From: Epiperipatus broadwayi
Taxonomy: Eukaryota > Animalia > Onychophora
DNA length: 64,000 nt
Assembly: GCA_028023455.1 (NCBI GenBank)
Contig: JAQFVV010000007.1
Coordinates: 10,478,001-10,542,000 of the forward strand
Direction: 5' to 3'
Position numbers and translations under genes: made by a program. Positions within the stretch are counted from its first letter, which is position 1; each line of letters begins with the position of its first letter. The notes under the pieces are model-generated. The model saw only the letters and a program-made list of their open reading frames with translations. It was not told the DNA's origin and made no database searches. Positions 11,631-21,429 of the stretch are shown piece by piece.

Positions 11631-12189
11631 TTAACAATGTCCATTTTTAATTAACAAAAAAACATATATTGTTTTTTCAATGATTTGGATATCAAAAAAA
11701 TAGTGATTAGTGTCCTATATTTGTAACATGGAATTCAGTTTCAAGTCTACCCACCCAAATTCAAACCCGCTTATCCTTTTACTATTAGTCTATTAGTGAC
11801 TAGCTAATTTTAAATTTATTGACTATGGATGATTGGTGGATATAGTAGCTATATCGTAGCAGAGAGAGATAGTCACTGTTTTTTTTTAATCGGTCCTGTT
11901 CATTATCTTTGCCTTTGATGAAAACTAATTTTGATGAAAGATTTTATATATGTATATAAAAAAAAGAGGGAAAAAGTTATCTATAGTCATAAACAGAAAG
12001 ATAATCTTTAGACTTACTTTACTGATTTCTTTTTTAAATTTTCATTTTGTTTTAAAAGATTATTCTAGTAATACCTTAAAAAAATTCAATAACTCTTGTA
12101 CACCTTAAACTGTGTAAGATGGAAGGTTGAACTAGATAAAAAAGAAATATTTCTCACTGGAAGAGGGGGAGGGAAATGAAAATTGCTAC

Positions 12190-12900
12190 ATCCACTGTTA
12201 GTCTGTATTGGCCTTTGGCTATAACATCCAATCAATAACAGGCAGTAATCCTCGTGCTTTCAACAGACAAAAGAACCTCATTGGAGACACAATATTGATA
12301 AAATTGATTTTAGAACAAATCAAGAATTTTTTAACTCTCTCCCTCTATTTAAGCTCTCTCTCTTTCTTTTTTATCTTTTTTTCGTTCTCTTTTTTTTAAA
12401 ATATTGAGTAAAAGTTGATGTTCGAATTTATATTTTGATTTTCTCTAATCTCACTAGGTGGAGCTTAAGCTACTTTAATAAAATATTTATTGAGAAGATC
12501 GAAAATGGAAAGAAGAAATTATTGGCTGTATTATAAGGAATGGAAAAGTATTGTCAATTGATTTGTTAGTATTTATATAAATATTTAATTTCAGTGAGCA
12601 GTTTATATCTATTTTTTCCTTTCCGAAGATTATATTTATATGAGCGTTTCTTTTTATTTTTTTTAATAAAAATAAAAGATGGGGAAATTTTTTTTTAAAA
12701 TATTATTTTCCTCATCATTACGATTCTTCTCAAAAAGCTGGTCTGCACTTCTAATAAGGCCAGTTTTTCCACACGTCTATCTATACGTTGCTCTATTTGT
12801 TAAATACTCAAAGCTATTTTATTATTATTTTGATGTCCGAAAAAAAAAGACTTTTCTACTGTATTTTCAAAAATTCTCTACCTTACATATAAAACCAATC
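12190..12900. promoter_or_regulatory. CpG-retaining candidate regulatory region
   Basis: About 10 CpGs, several CCAAT/ATTGG boxes and a pyrimidine tract; no repeat similarity seen. Confidence 0.25.
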
Positions 12901-13086
12901 CCCCCCCCCCCAAAAAAAAAAAATCACTTATTTGATGTTCTTTTATTATTTCCATTTTTATCAAAATTCATAATTCTAAAAACATCTAACTTTACTTTTT
13001 TTTATTATCATTAGTTCTTTTCTTCTTTCAAAACAATATTCCATAAAAGTACACAATCGAACAGATTATTTTTTGGGAAATCATGA

Positions 13087-13545
13087 AAAGTTAGAGTGAT
13101 CAATGAACCTTGAACTCTAGAATTCGCCACTCCATCACAGCAGTGAAGCATGCTGGGAACTCAGAATGGTTTATTATTCAGGAGTTCATAAGAAGTACAA
13201 GCATCAGAAATGGTAGAGCTGATTTGTGATCAATGGACTTTGAGCTCCAGAGTCTGCCATTCTACCACTGCAGCAAAGCATGATGGGAACTCAGACAGTA
13301 ATTGAATGGATTATTATTCAGGAGTTCATAAGAAATTCAAGCATCAGAAGTAACAGAGCTGGGCTACAATTCGTGGATCTTGAGCTCCACTGCAGCAAAG
13401 CATGTTGGGAACTCAGAAAGAATGTAGTAATTGAATGGTATATTATTCAGGAGTTCATAAGAAGTTCACATCAGAAATGACAGTGTTGGTTGTGATCCAT
13501 AGACCTTGAACTCTGATTCTGCCATTTTAACACTGCACCAAATTA
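13087..13545 (-). repeat. Tandem array of about 3.4 units (about 125-135 bp) of a tRNA-like SINE
   Basis: Repeating gcaaagcatg.tgggaactcaga...ttattattcaggagttcataagaa...gcatcagaa; minus strand carries tg.tgcagtggtagaat. Confidence 0.8.
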
Positions 13546-14249
13546 TACAAGATGACATCTAACATATTTACCAATATTCTTCTTTTTGGTTAATATCAGT
13601 GAGGTATAGAATATTTTTCTTATTAAGAATCAATTTGTTTATTGTGATATCTTTTTTTATTATTATAACAATATAAAAAAATATTTGCTATTCAAAGATC
13701 ATATAATATTCAATTTGGTTGAGCACATCATGTGAAAACTGTTTAAGAAATCTTTTACTTTCAATTTTATTTTCCTTTCCACTGGGATAACACATTCAGG
13801 TTCAATTTGGCACATTACAGTGTTGAGATTCCCTGGACTGCAATCCAATATCTTGCCACATTCTTTTTGGCTAATCATCTGTTTGTGAAACTTTCTGACA
13901 TTCAGATAGTTATTTTTTTAATAAGTAAATTCCTACTGCAATTTAATTGATAATATTGTATTATAAATATTGACCATATTTTTAAATCCATGTTGAGATT
14001 CCAATGGTTAAAAGTTTATAACTCAAAGTTCACCCAATCATTTCTTATGTTAATTTAAATATCACATGATTTTTCAAATGATTAACCAGCCAATTATTGA
14101 TCTGTGCATTTTTAGCTCAGTGGTTGAGTAGGAGACTCAAGAAGTGAAGATTTTTGTATTAATTCTCAAGTTAAAATATCTATTAACTTGGTTAATTGAA
14201 ATAATTTATCTGCCAAATACACCATTTAGGTGTTTAGATAGCATTTGAT

Positions 14250-14690
14250 TTTTCAAGTAACTGATGATATAATTCTTATTGTTTGCCTGTTATGATTTAA
14301 TAGAATGATAGATTGATATATTCAAGAACTACAAGATCAGAGCTCTTAAACATCACATGATCTCCCAAGAAATCAATCTTATCATTCTTATTGTTGCCTT
14401 TTTGATTTAGCATAATGATAGGTTGACAAACCAAAAACTAAAGATTTTTAAATCAGAACTCAAACATCACATGACATGTTAGATAATTGATCCTATCATT
14501 ATTTTTGTCTATCCTCTGTGTTTTAGCATGATGATAGACTGATAAAGATTTTTGGATCAGACCTCAATCTGCTGTTCTCATTCCACAAGTCATATGACCT
14601 CCCTGGTAACTGACTGTATTATCATTTGTTGTTTACCCATTGTGGTTTAGCATAATGTAGATTAATATACACAAAAACTCAACCTGTCAC
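14250..14690. repeat. Diverged tandem repeat, unit about 115-120 bp, about 3.5 copies
   Basis: Recurring catcacatga...atcatt.ttattgtt.cc...gatttagcataatgatag.ttga...aaaaact...gatttt..atcaga.ctc. Confidence 0.7.
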
Positions 14691-14779
14691 TTTTATTTCA
14701 AATATTATAGGTCTTTCTTCCCGAATAACTTACTATTCAGTTATTCTTTTATTATACATAGAGCTTGCAAATATCCCCA

Positions 14780-14890
14780 ATCTCAATGCTTGAGTATCCT
14801 AGCAACTCACTGAGGAAGCCAGTAGCAGAAACTGGTCTGGGGATATTCTGCAAAGCTTGTTAAATTAGATCATGTGACATATGACTTGAT
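14780..14890 (+). mobile_element. Family A' element with HHR at 14805-14842
   Basis: actca CTGAGGA AGC cagta GC a GAA ACTGGT C tgggg. Confidence 0.7.
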
Positions 14891-15134
14891 TTTTTTGTAA
14901 TTCTTTTATTACTTTAACTTTCATGTAGTTCTGTTATTGAATGATTTCATACGGCTACTTTTTGAATTTTTAAATATATAAAATTTCAGTCTTGGAAAAA
15001 AGAAAAACAGTGCACTGGAATGTGTGGTTGCAAACATCACTAATATTCACAAAATGTTATTAACTAAACAAAATTATAAATTATTGTTGTATTAAATACA
15101 AGTATAGTATATGTTTTAAGCTATATGTTCAGAG

Positions 15135-15805
15135 GGCATTTGAACCCAGTCTTTCAAGTACTTTTTAGTCATTGACTCTATATTATATAACCTATGCACA
15201 CTACCACATTCACATGAAAAATATAGATGATCTCCAATATATGTATTTCCAATATATGTATTTCATGGTGAATCAGCATTCATCAGTTGGTTCATATCAT
15301 CATTTCCCACACACACATATATTATAAGTGCTCACTTTATATTAATTTAGCAAATCTTCAAACTTTAATGGGCAAGCTTGAATCCTCTCCACTCTCCAAC
15401 TCCTTAGCTATCCATATCATTCCTCTTCTGTGTATTTAAATTGGCTTACGGTCGTACATATGAGGGGGCAGAATGACTTATGGTCAACATGGTTTACAAC
15501 AAAAAAAATTGGCAAACAAGGGCTTTGAGCATTTCATCTTCAAATTTTTCATTAATATGGATGATCAAAGAGTTGTAGAGTGGAGAGGATTGAAGCCAGT
15601 ACATTAAAGTTTGAAGATTTGCTATCTTAATATAAACCAAGCACTTATTATATATATGGAAGATGATGATCTGGACTAACTGATGAGTGCTGGTTCAGCA
15701 TGAAATAAGTATATGAGAGATCTTTTATCTTTTTTACATGTAGGCATTGGTTGTATAAGATGGAGTAGATGACCAAAGGGAGCTTCAGTGTCTGGGTTCA
15801 AAGTA
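15135..15805. mobile_element. Family B inverted pair with HHRs at 15249-15290 (minus) and 15676-15718 (plus)
   Basis: Consensus ccaa CTGATGA GTGCT ggttc AGCAC GAA ATACGTAT A ttgg. Arms 15135-15425 and 15553-15805 are reverse complements. Confidence 0.8.
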
Positions 15806-17299
15806 TTGTTTTGTAAATAAATGTGAGTAAATGTCAGCTTTAATCATCTGTATAATACATTTTGCTATGGTTGTGATACTATATGCAGAAATTGAAAAGT
15901 TGTTTTGCAGTATGCATGCATTTAAGGAATAACCACAACTTTTTAGCTGTCTTGGAACTCCATTAATAATCGATGCATATATAACAAACATCCAATTTAT
16001 ATTAATATTGTAATGACAACTGTCTTAGTATTATGTACAATGATTGGAACTGACATCTTTTTAAATTTATTTACATCTAATTCAAAATGCATGAGCATAT
16101 TTGTTAAAATGTTATGATTAATGATTTAATTTCAGCTTATATAATAAAATTTATGCTGATATAAATGTAAGCACATTCTATACTTTAAAGGGTGTATAAT
16201 TGTTATTAATATAATAAATTTATATAGCATACAAAAAGGGTATCTATATATACAAATCATAAATACTACAACTGTCTTTTAAGTTTTTAGTGGTTTGGTT
16301 TTAAAAGAAGAGTTTATTTTTGAAATCTGAAAAATAATAAATCCCAAAAGACCTGGAGTAAGATATTTTACGTTAATGATAGCCTATCTATATGTATGGG
16401 CTGTGAACTCATTCTAATTAGGCAGATGATTATCCTCAAATAATGAACATGTTCTTAGAAAAAAATTATCAAGTTTTGATTCAAAGTGCAATAAAACTGA
16501 CTAATGGGGTAGTGATAATTATTATAACTTTCAGATAGGATGGTTTGGTTCCTTTATGATTGATGAACAATGTAAGTCTAGCTGTTGTTGGTGCAGCAAA
16601 TATTTGGGAAGGAAGCTGGGAGAACTCTTTAGGACCCTGATACTTCTAAGTTTATGAGCAGTTTATCTTGTGTCAGAAACAGTTATGATTGTAGCTAGCA
16701 ATTTTCTGAACCAGTCTTGAGCATATTTCACTGCATTCTGCTGCATTATGGGCAATATATGCATGACTATCCAATGTCTGAAGGGTGCTGAATGTCATTT
16801 TAATGTCTGAAAGTTATGTTTTTCTTCCCAAATGAACCTGAATATATAACAAGATCCCAATCTTTGCTGGAAACCATCAGATTCACTGACCTCACTTTTC
16901 AATCAGTCTGGATAATACCATTAGTCAGTTTTATTATAATTTGCATCTGATCTTAATACTCTTGTAGAAAGGACGGCCACTATTTGGGGGAAAGCTGGTT
17001 CTCCTAAGATAGAGTGAGTTCATAACAATATGACTATATGCCATTAAAACTGTTGATGTACAGATGATTCTTCATTCTATATTTTTTATATTTAATTTTT
17101 TAAGTTTAATTATATTTTTTTTTGTTTTATAATTAATTGATGCTTATAGCACCTTTTACATATTTGCAATTATTTATATATAATAAAAAAAAGTAATTAT
17201 GTTTGGTATTATTACAACTTTAATTTTAAAAATGGCATGGCTTTAAATTTGTAGAAAGTTTAGAGACTTTTTTTAAAATTATGATAACTGAGAATTCTT

Positions 17300-18430
17300 T
17301 CAGATAGCTTATATAGCCAACCTAAAAGATCATCCGATGCTTCTAGTTCCAGAATATGGCACTCTGTTTCTTCACTAAATCACACAAGATAGCGTATACC
17401 ATTGGATTTTGAAATGCGTTCCGGCCATAATTTCCAGAAAGTGAATATTTACAGCAAAACCTAAGTTTATAGCTAATACATACCTAACACAAGCAATATG
17501 TAATCCGTCAATAGGTTTCTATTGATATGTGTGTCAAATATGTAACTGACTTTAATTTATATATTTTAATTTTAAAAAGAAAACATTCCATATTCTTTAA
17601 AAAAAATGTTTTAAAAATCATTTTAAACATGAAAATCATTAAAAAGACGTGATCTACTTCCGTTTTGCCCTTCTGCTTAAGAGTCAGATAGCGAGAAAGT
17701 TATAAGCATGTTTTGAAAATTTATTTGCATGTTTCCTAATTTGATCCCCCCACCTCCTTCCCAAGGAATGTGAATAGAACAGAAATAATTCATTGATTAG
17801 GTTTGATTGGTGGAAGCTTGCCCACTTGGCTGAATGCACTTGACATTCCTGAACTGTGGAGAAAAAGATTGGGCTGTTTCCCATGAAAAGGCTCTGTCTT
17901 ATAGTACGGCATTCTCTTTCATTGACAATACTTTGAGTCAGGGAGGAAAAAACCTTTTGAGAGAAGGGGAGAATGACCTCATTGAGGCTCACTCCAGAAT
18001 GTTGACTTTCGTTATTGAATATTTCTCAGCATTGATTATGTCAGATGTAAACGTTTCATAAAAGCATCACTTAATGCCAGCAATAGTGGGTCATTTTGAA
18101 TATTTTACCAGAAATATTTTAATTAAATAGTTATTTGACAGATTATAAGAAAACAAGCCAGTGATTCATAATTTTTTATATTTAAATAAAAACTTTTGTT
18201 AATATATATATATATTTAATAAAGACGTATTATTGCTGGAAGAAAGTTTCCACGTTTGCGTGAACACACACGTACATATATAACATTAAAAAAATAAATG
18301 TAAAAAAAATATCTCACTATACTCTGCAAAGCCCACTTTAACAGTTTCTTATGGAAAAACAGTGAAGAAGAGAATTCTCACCAAGTTTGTTAGTTGCCAG
18401 ATGTGAAAGTTTGAATAGTTTTTCGTCTGT
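17300..18430. promoter_or_regulatory. CpG-retaining candidate promoter or enhancer
   Basis: More than 10 CpGs; ETS-like ACTTCCG near 17656; GGAATG/CATTCC sites near 17765 and 17845; minus-strand donor-like TAG|GTATGT near 17482. Confidence 0.35.
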
Positions 18431-18689
18431 TTTACATTTTAGCTAAGACTAGTTAGATACCATTTTACAAAATAGTATTGAACAGTTATCTAAATTGGGC
18501 ATATATCAGCAACTTGAATAAAAAGTTTATTGAAATTTATGTTAACTCATCCTGAATATGTTTGATAGGCAAAAGTATAACCATTGCACCAGGAATCCTT
18601 ATGACATTACTTTCTTATTGCATTGCCAAATCCATATAATAATAATATCACTTACTTTCTTTATTAATTTTACACTGCTTCATATAGTT

Positions 18690-18960
18690 ATTACCCACTA
18701 CTAATGGTTTCGATTGCCCCAGCAATATATTTCATAACTTTAACAAACACAATACAAATACATTTAATTTTACATTTTATATATATACAGATATTTTATC
18801 TTATAATCAATATTAATATACCCACATATATATATATCAATAATTATTACTTCATTTATCAGTCAATACTTCCTATACTCATGTATATATATTATTTTTA
18901 AAATATTGTATAAAATTGATACAATTTACCAATTACAAGTAATAAAAGAAATAGAGAAAT
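18690..18960 (-). mobile_element. Family C repeat arm with degenerate HHR, inverted relative to the 20.6-20.87 kb arm
   Basis: Reverse complement ...ATTGC tggg GCAATC GAAAC cattagtagtggg matches 20825-20860; AT-rich body also matches. Confidence 0.6.
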
Positions 18961-19029
18961 AAAAAAGCTATTCATATTAATAATATTAAGCCAGTATTAA
19001 ATAGAGACATGGACCTGAAAATTTTTATA

Positions 19030-20155
19030 ATAATAATAATAACAACAATGACAATAATTAACAATAACAATGACAACAACAACAACAACAATAATAATTC
19101 AATTTATTTATTTAAGTACGAAACAACAGCACATAGCCAATTACAGTTAATGCATTAAAAACAAAAAAAAATACATAAATAAAAGGGATAAACATAATGT
19201 ACATAATAGTAAAAAGTAACTATCAATTTAACAAATATATATATATATATATACATAAACAAAATCAATTTAAACCAATCAACAATGGCATTTAAATGTA
19301 ATAATATTAGAAAATTGTTTATAATCTAAATTGAAGTGATTAATATTACTACAATTCTGACTGTATACAGATGGTAGCTTAAATAAAGAAGAAAATTTAA
19401 GGATGTTGTAATGACAAACTTTAATATAACAAACAGAAGCAGACAGAGTATCATGCACATGAGATCTAATTATAATAGTAGAAATTGTGTCAGATAGAAT
19501 AACTATTTTATTAACAATTTTATAAAAATATTTAAGATCTCTATATTTTCTTCTAAAAGAAAAATGAAAAACAATTTTATTTCCCAGACAAGCATATTTG
19601 GAAAATTATTAGACACTGATTATAATAAATTACATCTCTGTTTAGAGCTAGGATTCCAAATCATTGAACAATATTCAATGATGGAAAGAACCAATGACAA
19701 AAATAATTTGAATTTTGTATCTTCAGTGAAATGATAGCCATATCTTAGAATGGCACCTATAATTTTTAAAGCCTTATCACTAATCATTTCCAAATGTGGA
19801 AGAAAGAATCTATTCTAGAAAATATAGCTCCCAAATCTTATAGGGATTCAACAGAATTAATTTTCTGAGAGTTAGTAAAATAAAAAAATGTAAAACTTCA
19901 GATTTTTTAGAGTATGAGACTAAGGAACATTTACTGAAATTAACATCCATATTTTTTAGATCACATCAAGGACTAAAATTATCTATATCCTTTTGAAGGA
20001 GAGTGCAATCAATCATTGATGCGATTCTTCTAATGATTTTACAGTCATCAGCATAGCATAAAAGATAAGAAGATTTTAAACATTTCTTAAGGTCATTCAT
20101 ATAAATGTTAAAATGCATGGGTGCTAAAATACTAAATGAGGAACTCCACTATTAT
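19030..20155 (-). mobile_element. CR1/Jockey-group LINE 3' fragment with (ATT/GTT)n tail
   Basis: Frameshifted SGVP..SILAP..F.IY.NDL, LCYADDCK, LLQKDID, DLG.IF, LSLVLSIIEYCSMIWNP; 3' UTR ctgtaattggc...aaataataaatt followed by the microsatellite. Confidence 0.8.
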
Positions 20156-20169
20156 GTTCAAAATTAGAT

Positions 20170-20865
20170 GAAATATAATAATAATGATATTGATGATGAT
20201 AATAATAATAAATTTAATTATATGAAAATAGAAAAAGAAAGCCACTAGGTATAAAATAAAAATGAAGATAATATTAGTAAGGATAAAAATTATAATAGAT
20301 TTAATTATATAAACAATAGAAAGAGGGAGCTACTAAGTATAACTGTAAAATTTAAAAGTTTAAATAGTTAGCAGTGCCTTGAAAATATAAGTAGAAGATA
20401 AAATAATTTCAAAGTAGAAGATAGGTATAAAATATGTTAAAAAATAATAAATAGTAATAAAAGATAAAAAGAAGTAATATTATAGGTTAAAAAAATTATA
20501 CATATTGAATGTTAATATAATGAATAATAATGAAAAATATAAAAAATATAAAAATATAACATTAGAGTTAAATATTTAAATAATAATAAGAAAAAATAAA
20601 TGAAATTTTAAAAAAATGATTATAGGAAGTATTGATTGATAAATATAAAATATAAAAAAGGTTAAAATGTATTATATATAAAGAGGTAATAATTATATAG
20701 AGAAGTATATAAAGATATATGTGAGTTTACAGAATATTGATTATATATATATAATGTAAAATTATATGTTCATGTATATTTGTATTTATGTATTTGTATT
20801 GTGTTTGTTATACTTGTGAAGAAGATTTTTGAAGCAATCGAAACCATTAATAGTGGGTTATAATT
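20170..20865 (+). mobile_element. Family C arm, A-rich, with degenerate HHR at about 20811-20855
   Basis: tact..gTGAAGA a GATT tttgaagc AATC GAAAC cat t aatag. Confidence 0.55.
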
Positions 20866-21115
20866 GTAGTACAATGAGCATTCTAATAACTTTAAACAAG
20901 AGAAAGCATTTAAAACCTCTATATAGAATTATCCCTATCCCCAAACTGATTTCTAGCTAATGGGGATAGGGATAATTGTAGTTAAAGATTTTAAATGCTT
21001 TCTGCTGTGGCATTTATTGGAAAAGCTTGTTTAGACCTATTAGCATGCTCATTATATTATATTTGTAATAGAGGCTTATTAAGTTAGATCACATGATGAG
21101 TTATGATTATATGAA
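20866..21115. mobile_element. Family A' fold-back
   Basis: agaaagcatttaaaa...aattatccctatcccc / ggggatagggataatt...ttttaaatgctttct; left arm contains the HHR 3' half. Confidence 0.75.
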
Positions 21116-21429
21116 GCATTGTAAAAGTAATAAAGTAATTAAATGATATTAATTTTATATAAGAATCCTTATGTATACATATATATGTATATTATTATAT
21201 TTAATATTTTCCCAGTTATATGATGTAAACAAAGTATTTTTGAGGTTAAACAATGTATTATTTTGTATTACTTTCCAACATTTCGATAAAATAAGATCCG
21301 TCATTATAAAGGTCAAGTTTTTTAAAAAAAACTGTTTGATCTCAAGTAGTAATAAGATTGAGTACAAGCTAGAGAATTAGGTTGAGCACAAAATAGTTGA
21401 GTATTTTCTTCAGTTTTGCCATTAATTAT

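Noticed and set aside
13087-13545. Hammerhead inside the tandem tRNA-like unit (tCTGATGc...GAAc)
   Set aside because: A9 absent and stems inconsistent between units.
16560-17030. GC-richer segment with weak Harbinger-like peptide (ILGEPAFP)
   Set aside because: Motifs not colinear enough; left unclassified.
17834-18061. 75-aa plus ORF and 102-aa minus ORF
   Set aside because: No domain similarity; better explained as regulatory DNA.
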